64,000 nt of DNA from Salpingoeca rosetta (lineage: Eukaryota > Protista > Choanoflagellata). Positions 23,070 to 44,250 of the stretch are shown here, piece by piece (position 1 is the stretch's first letter; the number at the start of each line of letters is the position of its first letter). The DNA is taken from NCBI GenBank assembly GCA_033442325.1, contig JAWQFM010000022.1:369797-433796 (forward strand), written 5' to 3'. The position numbers and the translations under genes are program-made. Under the pieces are notes generated by a model, which saw nothing but the letters and a program-made list of their open reading frames with translations, was not told where the DNA came from and did not search any database.

Positions 23070-24919
23070 CACACACACACACGCACACACACACACACGC
23101 ACATGTGTCGTCCACGCGGCCCAAAACCAACCGTTGCTGCTGGAGAACGTGGCACGCTGTTGTCAAGAAGTGGCTGGATTGTGGGCTTGCTGATGATGAT
23201 GTGACAGCAACACACGGCTGAAGGAAGGAGCACGCAAGCTGCAACGTGGAGGGCACAGGAGGCAAACCCACGTTCAGCAACAACACAGCACAGGCAAGCA
23301 GTGTCGTGTCGTTGCGGCTCACAATCACTTGAGTGATTTGGTCCAAATCAACGGATGGAAACTTGCTGGGCTGCACGCGTTGGCACAGGTCTGAAGAAGA
23401 AGAAGGCAACAAGCACTCAAGAAGGCGTTTATCTGCACTGCCACGCAAGCAAGCAAGGCCAAGACACAAGCAGACAGCGATGGTCACGCGTCAGTCAGGC
23501 AGTCAGGCAGGCAGGCAAACAAAACTGTGTGTGTTCTGTGCTGTTGCTCTGTGCTGTTGCTCGATTGCTTGTGTGTGGGTGGGGTGGTTGGTGGTTGGTT
23601 GGTGTGGGCAGCGCAAGTCGCCCAACTAGAGGTGGTCCGCCAACGGAAAAAATCGCGGGATGTGGTGGTGGGGACAGGAAAGGGTGGCGACACACGCACA
23701 CACACACGAAAGCAAAAAGCGGTTGTGGTTGGGGATGGTGGTGGGAGTGCAATCACACACCACGTCTCACACACACACCTCAACACGAACCCACCACCAT
23801 CAAGAAAAAAAAACCCCCGAGCATTCGCGCACACCCAACCAGCACAACACCACACGCAACACACCACACACCAACCACCGGTCCCGCGCAAGCAAGGCAA
23901 GGCGAGGCGAGCAAGCAGAAGCTCACCAGGAGAAGGAAGCAGCACGCAGCCGGTCAACGAGGGCGGGAAAGGAAAAAGCGCTCGTGAGCTGCCCAACCGA
24001 CCTGGCTATCCGCTTTTGGCTGGCTTGGCTGACTGATCGATTTGCTGCAACGTTTGGCTGGTGTTTGCGTGTGTTTGCGTGTGTTTGGCAGTGTTTGAGC
24101 GTTACCAGCGGCGGAATTTCAACGGAAGATGTTCGTCATCCGCCACGTTTCGCCACTCAACCCGTGCGCTCGAAATTCGGAACCAGTGGCGGGCGAACCA
24201 CATGCCCATGCCCATGTTGGCCATATTAGACACCATGAAATTATTGCCGATGTCAGCAAATGCTGGGCGCCTGGACAAATCTGCCAAGATACACATGAAT
24301 CCTCCTCAACCCGCGCACTGCTTGCGCTTACGGCTCAAAGGTCACAAACAAACCAGACAGACGAAGACGAAGAAGAAGAAGGGCGGAAACAAAACAACAC
24401 CAGCCAAACAACCCACACAAACAAGCCACACAAAGAGACACCCTCCTCCTTGCCTTGTTTGTGCTCGATTCAAGCGTCCTTGAGAGAGGTGAGTGAGGGA
24501 CGTAATGAGTGAGGGAGCGGGTTGGGAGGAGGGATGGGTTGATTCCATCTGGCCTCATGTGCATGTGTGTGGTGGGTGTGTTGGTTTTCGTTGGGTGCTC
24601 GCGACGTGTGGTGGCTGTGATACGCTCTTCATTTTGTGTGTTTGTCCTTCCTCTCTTGTGCCGTCGTCGTTCTGTTTCTCTCGCGCACGCTGCCTTGCTT
24701 GGACATGTGTCTTTGTTATGCCACTGTTGCATGCGCTTGCTCGCACACTCATGGACACTCACGTGCTGTTGTCTGCCACCCCACAAACACGCACACGCAC
24801 ACTCACACATACACACAAACACACGCACGCCTCACAATGGAGAGAAGTCTGTGTTTCCTCCTGTTGAGCGAAACCCCGCAACACCGCAACCCTACCCATT
24901 CTCTACAGTTATCGGCACC

Positions 24920-28717
<3,798 letters not shown>

Positions 28718-30028
28718 AGCCCCTGTTTGGCAATGCCTCCACGTCATTGCCGTGGATTGTGTTTTGCTTTGTGCAGCTATTGGCTTTTGGCTTTGCGTTT
28801 GTCGATGTTCATGTTGATGACCCCTTCCCCCTCGCCTTCCTGCCGCTCCCTTGCTGGTCCCTGTTCTCCTCTTCATCATGTGTTTGCTGACTGTCTCTCT
28901 CGCATGCCTGCCGGTGCACCCCATCCATGCTTGTGCTCGGCCGCAACCTTCACCGCTGCGTTTTGCTGCAATGATGCTGCTTCTCCTTGTTCTACACACT
29001 TCCTATCTGCTTTGCTTTTCTGTTCTGTGCTCGGCTGTCTTCACCCCTCTCTTGATCGCTTTGGCCGTGGCTGTGGCCTTTCTGCTTGTTTGCCTCAGGT
29101 TGTCTGCGCGTGTCTGTGTGTGTCTTGTGTCTGTGTGTGTGTGTGTCTCTCTCTCTCTTGTGGCCTTTGCATTGGTGTGCTGTGTGATGTTCAACCCTGC
29201 TCCTCCTCCGCCTGCGTGCATCGTTCCGCTGTTGGGTGGAGTTTGTTTGAGAAGGTGCTAGCATCACACCACCGTCTGATTCTTGTTTGTATGCACATAC
29301 ACCAGTCCTCGACAGCCAGCACTGTTATCCACAGAGAGTATGTGTGTGTGTGTGTGTGCCTCTGTGTCTGTGGCTGTGTCTGTGTGTGAATACAGCCAGA
29401 CGACGTACACCTTGACACAGAAAGAGCTTGCAGCTTCGTCATGCACGACACGCTTGCAGGTGCAAGTGTCAACCCCACTCGCACATGAGGTACGTTGCAA
29501 TGAACAGGTAAAAATGATTTATCTGGACGTATGTGTGTGTACACACGAAAGCTGAGCTGAGGTTGGATTCGACAAAGAAAAGCAGCACACACACACACAC
29601 ATGTACACTCACATTTACACTCACACAAATTCGAACACATGCGTGTACACACACGCACACACACACACATATGAACACGCATGAACGCAGGCATGTACAC
29701 TCAAAACACACGTACACGCAAGCACACGCATATCAATTAAACCCGGACCGTAAGCAGTGTACAATCACATGGCACCATGGTACTAGACAAAGCCACACAG
29801 CCCGTGCGTGTTGAACACTGTCGAGTGTGGTGAGGGGGGAGGAGGCAGCAGCAGAGCAGTCACAAAAAGCACCAAAGGCAGGACTGACAGGGCTTGGGCG
29901 AGGGGAGACTTTGAACATATGGAAGACACATGCAACAAAGACAAACACACTTGCACCTGCACACACGCACAAGCGACTAAATGCACACAAAGAAACATAG
30001 ACAGACCAAACGCACACACGCACAGAAC

Positions 30029-30356
30029 TCAAGAAGCGTCTCCTTTCTGCTTGTGGCGGCGGGCAGTCTTGGGCGGCTGCGGTTGCTGCTGCTGCTTCTT
30101 CTTCTTCTTCTTCGCCTGCAACTTTGCGCGCTTTGCGGGCTGCTCGCCCTTCTTCGTGCCAGCGAGCGTGCGCACGGCGGTGTTGGCTTCCGTCTCTTGA
30201 AGCAACTTCTCGGCTTTGGCGCGAGGCACCTTGCCTGTTTCAATGCACTTGAGGCAGTGCCACTCTTTGCCCGGCTCCAACGCCTCTTCTTCGTTCATGC
30301 CCATGCTAACACATGAAAATGGTGGCAAGCAAAAAAAAGCGCGTGAGTGTGTGTGT

Positions 30357-30396
<40 letters not shown>

Positions 30397-30960
30397 TATG
30401 CGCGAGCGCGAGTTGATCTCAGCGTCGCGAATCGAGCGCGTATGTAACACACGTTGTGAGGGGTACAGTCGAAGCCTTCTGACTTCCATCTGCCGGCGTG
30501 ATTGGCAAAACGATCTCTAAAGTGTTGTCTGGACCGCTGCTCACGCGATCACGTTTCTATGCAGTCTTAAACTGGCGATCGACGCATGAGGTCGGTCTTG
30601 ACTCACGACGATGATTTATACACCAGAGGCGTACGTTTTCTTATCGTGGGTTTGACAGTGAAAAGGTCAACTCCTGTGTGTGTGTGTGGGTGTGTCTGTG
30701 TGTGTCTGTGTGTGTGAAAACGCGTGTGCATCGACGTGTGATTGTAATGGCACCCAGACACAAGTACACAGGCCATCCACAGAGGCCACCCGAAGGCTCA
30801 CCATTTCGCGTGGTACCAGGAGTCGCACGAATCGCAGCACACCATCAGCTTGTCTGGGTTGTACGGACGACGGCAGACGCAAAACTTCTTTGGCGGGCGC
30901 TGTGTCAGACACGGCAATGTATCGACACGGCATATGGTACGCGGGTGCGTGAATGTGTGT

Positions 30961-31022
<62 letters not shown>

Positions 31023-31305
31023 GTATGTGTGTCAGTATGTGCGTGTGGAAACTTAGTGCACATGTGTGTGTGTGTGAGTGGATGCACGCACGCAAGCAAA
31101 ATAAATGGCACAGACGAACGCATGTGTGTATTGGCACAGCAGCACTGTCCCGCGACAATACATGATGAGCCATCAGGATAGCTTTGGCAAGACCAACGTA
31201 CTGTGATCTTGCGTGTCTTGACGTTGTAGTTTGAGCGCCAGAAAAACGTCTGTCACACAAAGTCAGACGTAAGCGGAGGCTCTGATAAGGCATAACAACG
31301 CCTGT

Positions 31306-31344
<39 letters not shown>

Positions 31345-31636
31345 CATGCACATGAACACGAGCGCAATCCACACTGCCACGCTGTCACGGACACACCCAT
31401 GCCCACGCACAACAGCTCGCTCGCATACCGGGAGTGCCTGCCCGTCCCTGAACACTGCTTGGCCCTTCGCTTGCCTTTCTTCATACTCTGGCATGGGAAG
31501 CACGGCGCACAGGCCTTCGACAACACGCGCGCTCACAATGTCTCTGTGGTTGGAGCGAAGCACCTGTGTTTGTTCATGTGCGCATGTTTGTGTGTGTGTG
31601 TGTGTTCGTGTGCGCATGTTTGTGTTCGTGTGCGCA

Positions 31637-31732
<96 letters not shown>

Positions 31733-32420
31733 TGTGTGTGTGTATGAGAGAGAACACATGAGAGTGTGTTCGTGAATCGCACAAACCAGAAGCACGCTGC
31801 AAAGCACGCTGCATGCACCACAGGCACATGTGCACACACCTCTTCTGCGCCGTGGTGCTCCTGTCGACCACCCGGCAAGTCCTTCAAGAGAGAAGAAGTG
31901 TCGTGTGCATGCATGTGAGAGCTGGCGTGTACGTGCGCCACGCAAACAAACCAGCCGGATGCATGCATGCACTCAAGAGCATGCGTGCGCAATCACTAAT
32001 GCCAGCGTGACAGTACCTCTGGCCTGTAGAACCACTTGAGTTCCACGTACACGTCTCTGTCATTGTTGGTGAACACCCTCACAATGTCTGCAACATACTC
32101 CATTGACGATGCGCCCTGGCAAATTGCCGCGGGGCAGTGTGAGGACAGGCGACAGCAGGATCGATGACAGGAAACGGCTTGGCAGGCTCACGGTGCACAA
32201 GACCAGCAAACATGAAACGAACGCATTGCACGTACTTGAGCATACACATACGCGCATGCAAACACATGCAAACACATGCAAACGCACATGCACGCACATG
32301 CACGCATGCACACGTCAAGGATTGCCGTACCTTCACCAAGATGGTGTCGCCGCAGTTGAAGGTGACATTCCCCAAGTTGAATGAGGAGTACTCCCTGCTG
32401 TTCTCTGTGAACTCTGTCAT
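30029..32420 (-). CDS. BAH-PHD histone reader, EBS/SHL/EPR-1-like, multi-exon
   Basis: Spliced product: ..FNCGDTILVK|GASSMEYVADIVRV..VELKWFYRPE|DLPGGRQEHHGAEE|VLRSNHRDIVSARVVEGLCAVL..|TFFWRSNYNVKTRKIT|RPPKKFCVCRRPYNPDKLMVCCDSCDSWYHAK|CMGMNEEEALEPGKEWHCLKC, then a basic tail. The PHD exon is missing from the ORF track. Confidence 0.87.
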
Positions 32421-33759
32421 GCTGTTTGCTGCTGCTGTGTGTGCTCTGTTGACGCTTGGTGGGTCCTACTCAATGTGCGTTGCCTTTCATACAACCAGCC
32501 AAGAACCTTTTCCTTGCGCGAAGTTGCGTTGCGCCTCTCTGAAGCTGCGAGCCCTGTTGTTGTCGTTGCCTTCCAGTCTCGCGTATGCTGGATGTGCAGG
32601 ATGTTGTGAGCGTTGCCTTGGCGTTGTGATCGACACTGCTCGATGTCAGCAAGCCGGGGCGGAGAGAGGCGAGGCGGGAACCTTTGCGGTGGGTGGAGGC
32701 GTCGTGTAGAAGGCGAAGAGAGAAGTCAGAGGCGCGCGTCACGCTGCTCGAACATGCACGCAGCACCCCCCACAACGTCAACAAACAAGCAAGCAAGCAA
32801 AAGAAAGCAAGAAGGTGTCTCGAAACAACAAAAATCCCGCGAACTTTCAAAGAGGAGGTTTGTTGTTGTTTGTTTGTGGCGTTGTTGTTTTGTGGCCAAA
32901 GACAACACAACGCAAGAGGACGAGGACTGGCTCGTGTCGCCATACAATGTTAGAATGTTGCCTTGTTTGTTGCATTGTTGTTTTTTTTTTTTCGACCTCT
33001 CTACCTCTACAGCTCTACTCTCTGCCTCTCCTCCTGCCATTCCTTTCTAGCAGAGCATTTATTTGTCGACCGTTGAGCCTCAAGCCTCGAGTGGTGCGAA
33101 CTGAGTCGGTGTACATGGTGGGGTGCACGCAATGATGATCTTTTGCTGATCGTACATAACATACAGCGTCAGTTCATGTAGGTGTCTTGGTGGTAGTTGT
33201 TTTTCTCGCTGTAGTTGTCTTCCAAATTCATTCCTCTTCATCCTTGTCCCTTCCAGCTTGCCCCTTCTCCTTTAAACCTTTGAGCTGACATGATTTGAGC
33301 ATACACGCACAAGGCTGGACGAAAGTGTACAGTCATGAACTTGTTTCCTAGGTCATCACATCATGTCACAACCAGATACTCACACAACACAACACAACAA
33401 CCTTGTTTGTCGATTCACAAGCGCACTCTCTCACATCGTAGAACGAAAAATCAACAACGAGATGGAGATCGCCGTGACACAGTTGCATGGTGGAACACCG
33501 CACGACGAATCTTGTACAGGAGGACAACATTACAGTGTTCTCATTAAATCACTGCTCCTAGCCGCCTTCAACCCGCATCAAGAAGTTTAATGCAGTACAT
33601 AGCCAAGGGACAGGACTGGTGTGTGTAACACAAACAATCGCATATTCATGTACAAAGCACAACAAGCATGGTCATCTCGCAGCGTGTAGCATATGTAATA
33701 TTGCCTGAGAACGAACATGCAGTCGAGATCATGTCGCCCCAAAATAGACAACCCTCTCG

Positions 33760-34758
33760 CTACGCATCACCATCCACGACGGCCAACACATCGCGATGTG
33801 CATTACCACCACCACCACCACCACCACCACCACCACCACCACCACGATCAGCAGCTGCCTGCCCTTCATCGCCGTCCTCAGCATGACTTCTCTCAGCACG
33901 GGCTCCACCACCACCACCACCATCACCAGTATGTACATCTGCAGCACCCCCACCATCATGCTCGTCAGCACCACCAACACCTGCGCGGCCACCAGGGCCG
34001 CCATCACCCGCCTCGTCGTGGCTGGCGTCTGCACCGTCCCCATCACCGCCCTCCTTGAACCTGGCCACATCGTGAACGGCCTGCCGGTCGGCAACCTCAA
34101 GCTCACGCTCAAGTTCATGAAGTCGATGCAATATCCCATCGCCACCGCCACCGCCTTCTCCACCACCCGCGTCCTGCCCTCCAGCATCACCACCGTCACC
34201 ATGTATTCTTGCATCAGCATCCTCTTGTACAGCAACTGGCTGCTGGTGCTGGTGCTGCTGGTGTTGTCCATGTTCGTGTTGCTCCAACACATCAAAGGCG
34301 CTCTCCTGTTGTTGGTCAGCTGCCCGCAACGTGACGTGGCCGTGCCGGGCCACTTTGCCCTCTTGATTGCGCCCATCACCGCCCTCAACCACCACGGGAC
34401 CAAGCACAGGGGACACTGTCGTGCGCCTGCCGTGGGCCGCATTGCCAATGCTGTCGCGGTTGCTGCTGTGTTCTGGCTCACGTGTGCTCTGTCGTGGCGG
34501 TTCATCCAGGACTGCAGCCCGCAGCACATCCAGTGAACCCAGCACGCTCCCAGTGGCACCGTGCTGCTGCTGCTGGTCAGCAATCGAGGGGTCCAGCGGC
34601 TAACAAAGAGAGAGGAGAGAGAAGGGAGAGGAGGGAAGAGGGAGGAGAGAGGAGGTGGGAAGCACAGAGGACATGGAGTCACATGAGCAAGCCAACACGG
34701 ACCCAAGCCAGGTGCCGAGTGCCAGGACATACGTGTGTGGATGCATGCATGCATTGCT

Positions 34759-34845
<87 letters not shown>

Positions 34846-35106
34846 ACGACGCACTTTGGCCTTGTGGTGGTCCACGTCGATGACAGACGCCAGCCCAAGC
34901 ACACTGCACACCAGGCCAAATGCAAGCAGGCCCTATCCAACCAAAACAACATACGTGAGGGTTGGATATCGATGAACCAGCCAGCAGGCGGACGGAAAGC
35001 GGTACAGAGACAGGCACGCAGGTAGAGAGACGAGAGAAGCAGGTAGGCAAACATACAGACAGACAGGGAAACAGACAGACAGACAAACAGACCCACCCAC
35101 CCCCTA

Positions 35107-35167
<61 letters not shown>

Positions 35168-35889
35168 CGCACGATAGCGAGACGGCGGCCCTTCTTGTTG
35201 CCCGTGTCCAGCTGCAAGTAGACGAGACCAGGCAGCACAAAAGCAACCATTGTGCCAGCCGTTGCTCCCACAATCGTCAGCGCCGTCTGGATCACAGGGA
35301 TCGCCAAGGCCGCGCCCTGTGACACACGTGTCCCGCGCAGTGAGCGCATCAACAACAGTGAGTACATTAGCAAGGCATGTGGAATGCGTGCAAGCTCGCA
35401 AGACAAGACAGGAGCAGCAGGCATGGCAAGAGGGGGGGGGGGGGTCAAGCGAGCGAGCAGCAACGTACGAGGGCAAGGAACACGATGCAGAAGGTGAGGA
35501 ACAGGAACGACAATCGTGGCATGAGCGCCGTGACGGACGCCTGCTCCTTGTGCTGGTGGTGGTGGTGTTGCTGATGGGTGTGTTGCTGCTGGTGGTGGTG
35601 GCTGTCGTGTGGGTTGCTCGCCGCTGGATCTTCTGAGGAGGTGGAGCGCGTTGGTTTGCGCGGAGAATACTGCGACGACGACGACGACGCGAGCGACGCT
35701 GGCTGCGAGGATGATGGGCTGGCGCTTGGAGCAACAGCCATGTACAAGCTGAAAACGATGAGAACAAGAAAGGAAGTAAGGAAGGAAGGAAGGAAGGAAG
35801 GAACGAAGCGAGGGTTAAGGTTGGAGGAATGGATGTATCAGCATGTGTTCATGGAGAAGATGCACAGCACATACACATATTGATGCATG

Positions 35890-35952
<63 letters not shown>

Positions 35953-36772
35953 ATGCACACGCACAGAGTTGACCAAGATAACACCTTTCGCGACAGGGGA
36001 AGACGATGAGGGGAAAGCTGACGAGAATGGAGACGGCAAATCCACCGCGCACAATGCTCGAGTGCATGTCATTCAGAACGTTTCCGTCAATGTCGGTGCC
36101 GTGAAACGCAACGAACCCGCACACACCCACCTGTAGAAGGAGGAGTGAAGTTGGTAAGAGACATCGTATGTGCGGGCATGTGCATGCATGTGTTGTGCGC
36201 TTGCTTGCATGTATGTGTGTGTGAGGGGGGGGGTGTCTGACGTGAAGAAATTCAACATCGCGAATTGCGGATGTGTACATGTCGTGCGCATGCGTGTGCG
36301 TGGGTGTATGCACGTACAATGAGGTAGAATGTCAGGTCCAACAAGAGGCCTCCGCGCAGCACGTTCTGTATCGCAGCATGTGGGGTGAAGCCGCAAAACC
36401 GGGTGAGTAAGTAAGGAAGTGTACTCAGCACACACACGCACACGCACAGACACACAGACACACACAGACACACAGACACACGCTCTTACGCACGATGAGA
36501 CACAAGCAGATATGCACGTACACACACACACATGCACACACAGACATGCAGGGGTTACCCCACCTTCATGTGGGTGAGGCTTGGGTTAGGCAAGTGCTGC
36601 ATGACCATGAAGAGGGAGCTAAAGACGTGTGTGTGTGTGTGTGTGTGGGGGGGGACCGTGAACGCAAGAGGATGGCACATGAGCACAACACGCTGCTGGT
36701 GTGAACGTACACGCATTCATCTGCCGCATCACATCCCAGCACAGGCGTCATCCTAAACGAAACCACATACAG

Positions 36773-36815
<43 letters not shown>

Positions 36816-38635
36816 GAGCAGGCAGGAGCAGCAGCAGAAGCAGTGCCACCACGTACGGTTGTCCGGCAAAGGCGAGGCCGAGGATGGGAACGCAGCCGGG
36901 GATCCCAGCAAGGCGCACGAGAGGTGCATTAAACAGCCATCTGCAGCAGTAGCAGCATCATGGGAGTAAGTAAGTGAGTGAGTGAGTGAGTGAGTGAGTG
37001 AGTGAGTGGGTGAGTGAGTGGGTGAGTGAGTGAAGGTTGTTTTGTGTGGCTGTGTGGCTATGTGTGTTTGTGTACATGTCACGCACTCGAATGTGAAGAA
37101 AGGGCCAGCAGCAAAGACGAAGATGGTGACGCAGAACAGCACATATACGCCGACCGCTATTCGACTCTGCATATGGTGTGAGCATTGGGTGTGGTAGTAT
37201 TGGTGATTCGACAGCCACAGCAAAGTAGACAGGTAAAGATGACGGCGATATCCGTGCGTGCGTGTGTATGCGTGTGTGTGTGTGTGTGCGTGCGTGTGTA
37301 TGCGTGTACGTGCGTGCGTGTGTGTATGTGTATGTGTGTGTGTGTGCGTGCGTGCGTGTGTGTGCGTGTGCGTGCGTGTGTATATGTGCTTGTTTTGGTT
37401 CTCCACGTGTAAGCGTGAGTGCTTCGGCTGCACGTGCTGTGTTGCTATGTGTCTTGCCTCACCAGTTTGGAGATGGTTTCCACGCTTCGGCTCAAGCAGA
37501 TGGGAAACACCCAAACTGCAGCAACGGCCGCCATCACCCACGCACGGGAATCCTGCGAGGCCGAGTGGGGTGTGATTGTGTGTGTGTGTGGTGTGTGTGA
37601 TATTGTGCGGGGTGGTAAAAGGGAACTGACCGCACAGCTGCCCGTGGACAGTGATTGCTACATCGCACGGGATACACTGACAGAGACACACAGACAGACA
37701 CACAGACACAGACACACAGACAGACACGCGCACGCACGCACCTCGGTGAGGGTCATGTATCCAAGAGCGGCCAGGACGCGGCTGAGCAGGTCCGCTGACA
37801 CGAGGAAGAAGGCCACAACGATCCCAAACAACTGGCCACTGATACTGCGGTCGTCCAGGTTGAAGACAGTGAAACGTGCCAGACGTGAGTGTTGGCTGCT
37901 CGTTTGTTGTGGTGTGAATGGTGAAGCGATGGTCGTAGGCAGGGAAGCAGACACAAAAGCAGGCGGAGAGGCAAACAGAAAGGCAAGTGGAGAGGTGGAG
38001 AGGTCGGCATACACAAGCGCACGGATATATACACAAGCGTACAGGCGCACATGAACATACACACACACATGCGCACAACACAAAGACAGCCGACCAGATG
38101 TTGGCGATGGTACGGCCTGCTGTTCCAAGGGATTTGAACGCCCTCTCCACTGTGTGGCGAGCAGACAACATGACCAGGCCACAGCACCAGTGATGAGCTG
38201 TTGACGTGCTTGTGTTGCCAGCAGGTGCTTTGAGCGAGCTGAGGCATGAAGCCTCAGCTTCATGACGGACTGAAACGTACCGAGATCCTCGTAGGTGACG
38301 GTGCGCGTCATGATGGCGCTCATGAGGAGCAGCTCACAGGACTTGATGTTCAGCTTGCACAGCAGAAACGTCAGAACGATACCCAGCACCAGTCCGCACT
38401 GCCAACAAGTGAGACAAAGAGGTGGCAATGAGTGCTGGCGGATCGAGGAACGCAGTGCCATGTCGCGTCACTGTAGCGAATACAAGCGTTCACTGGATGG
38501 AGCATGTGCTCACTGCAAGATCAAAGTTCAAACACAGACAGACAGACACACGCACATGCACACAGACAGACAGACAGACAGACACACACACACACACACA
38601 CACACAGACCCACAGACACACATACACACACAGAC

Positions 38636-38674
<39 letters not shown>

Positions 38675-38866
38675 CACACACACAGACACACAGACCGTCC
38701 AGTGTGCACTCACGCGATCCATGATAAACGGGATGGCGAGGACGGAGACGCCAGCAACGACGTTGGCCATGTTGACGACGGACTTCCAGTCTGTCGCGGA
38801 TAAGCGCTCGTGTTCGTGGCCGTGCGTGGGCCGCTCCGTCCACACGCGATGCGCAGGGTTGAGCAT
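33760..38866 (-). CDS. Amino-acid transporter, Aa_trans/SLC38 family with long C-terminal tail (SLC38A10-like), multi-exon
   Basis: [64 protein letters not shown]...[22 protein letters not shown]; many hydrophobic exons. The last exon joins frame 33760..34545. Confidence 0.82.
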
Positions 38867-39276
38867 CGTGCCGACGGCAGCAGCAGCAGTGGCTACGGCG
38901 GCGGCAGGCAGCAGCAGCGACAGCGATGTGACGATGGTTGAAAGTGGAGGAACAGCAGTGACGGTTGTGGAGTGGTGCAGGAGTGGTGGTTGAAGAATCG
39001 GCTTTTGCCTCTTGTTGTTTGTTGTCCTTCCTCCACACCTCCACAAACCACCAAACCAAAAAAAAACAAAACAAAGGGCATTGCTGGTTTGAGTGGATTG
39101 CGATTGTGCAATCGCCCTTTCTCGATTCCTGTGCTCTCTCCTCTGTGTCACATCACACCCATATCACGGATTGAGAGTCGTTTACTTCGGCACAGCACTG
39201 GGAGTGGTCAGGCAAGTGCCTGCATGCAACAGCCCAGGCGCAACCCCGATGGATGGGTTTCTGGCAACTTGTAGTG

Positions 39277-42715
<3,439 letters not shown>

Positions 42716-42846
42716 TTTGGGCGAGCGGTTGTAGAATGTTTATTGGAGATGTTGCAAATCGTCTACAAGTCAGTGACATGAAACTGCTGTCTGTTGTTTG
42801 TGTGTCTATCTCCTCTGGTTGCATCTGTTGGCTTCCGCCTTGGCTC

Positions 42847-42964
<118 letters not shown>

Positions 42965-43089
42965 CTCTCTCTCTTCCACACACGCACAAACACACACACT
43001 CATCCCTTCAGTTGTAACAAAGTGACATTGGTCTAACAGGCATGACGGCACGACGAGTGCACGTGTGGTGAATGGTGTCCTTCGTGCGT

Positions 43090-44197
43090 CTATGGTGACG
43101 TCGCGGTGGCGAGGACGTCGTCTGGGGAGACCCAGATGCTGTTGACGTGCCAGACCTTGGCCGAGGTGAAGGTGACGGTAGCGTTCTTGGCAAAGGTGCT
43201 GATCCCTGCCTGTGGGGCCTGGCCAAGCAGCTTGGATGTCATGGCCACCCGCCCGTCCATCCAGTATGCCTCAATGAACGTGTTGTCCGTGAACACGCGC
43301 ACCTCGATTGTGTCGTCGCTGGGCAGCAGGCGCAGCTCCGCCTCCAGCGGCGCTGTCGGTGCCGGCCGCGGCGTGCGCACCCCCGAGGTGCACGTTGGGT
43401 TTTGCGGATTGTATGTCCACCCGCTGGCGTACTTCTGGCAGCAGGCTGCGTACAGTGGCCCACGCAAGACGTAGGTCCACGCGGCGCACTGCGGGTTGTC
43501 GAGGCACACCTTCTGGCACACGCGTGGGTCTGTGTAGTTGACGTTGGTGACGTTGAAGTCGCCCGAGGGCAGGTCGGTGTGCTGCATGTACGTGCCCAGG
43601 ATTGGGGGCGGCAGCGGGGTATCGCCGGCGCTGATGCCGACCACCGCTGACGTGTTGCCGGTGGCCTGGTCCACCTCCACCTCCACATACACGCGCGTGC
43701 GCGGGGCGGAGGGGTCCTGGCTAGTCATGACGTCGACGCCAAAGGTGCACGTGGTGTTTGGGCGGCGGAAGACGACGACCACCTCGGACTGGTTGCCGCG
43801 CGTGTTGGACCACTCGCCCAGGTACACCTGGCCGTTGGCTGGGATGGCGGTGGGCTTGCTGACGGAGGCAAGCACGGCGCCGCGCAGCTGCTTCTGCTCC
43901 TCCACGGGCGAGTGCATGAGCTGCTTGAGGGTCGGGTGCCAGGTGACGTGGCGTGGAAGCGACTGCGTGGACGCGGGCGGGACGGTGGCCCAGCCAAAGT
44001 TGATGCGGCGGTCCTTGACGGGGTCGTAAAAATCCTTGGACGCATAGAAGTCGCCGTGATCAATCATGACCTGCTCGAAGCTGTACCCGGGCGTGGCCTG
44101 CCACGTGCCCGTGTGCCCTGGGGCTGCGTCCGTGTACGTGCCCACCTGCATCCAGTCCTTGCCCTCGTGCGAGGACTTGTGCACATGCGTCGGCAAG

Positions 44198-44250
<53 letters not shown>

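Noticed and set aside
22345-23487. 380-aa minus-strand ORF and other HTHT/CVCV ORFs
   Set aside because: They are translations of CA/TG microsatellites, which lack stop codons, and show no domain signal.
33729-34536. Overlapping alternative-frame ORFs (33729..35273 minus, 33796..34536 plus)
   Set aside because: Splicing places the transporter tail in frame 33760..34545; the other frames are low-complexity shadows.
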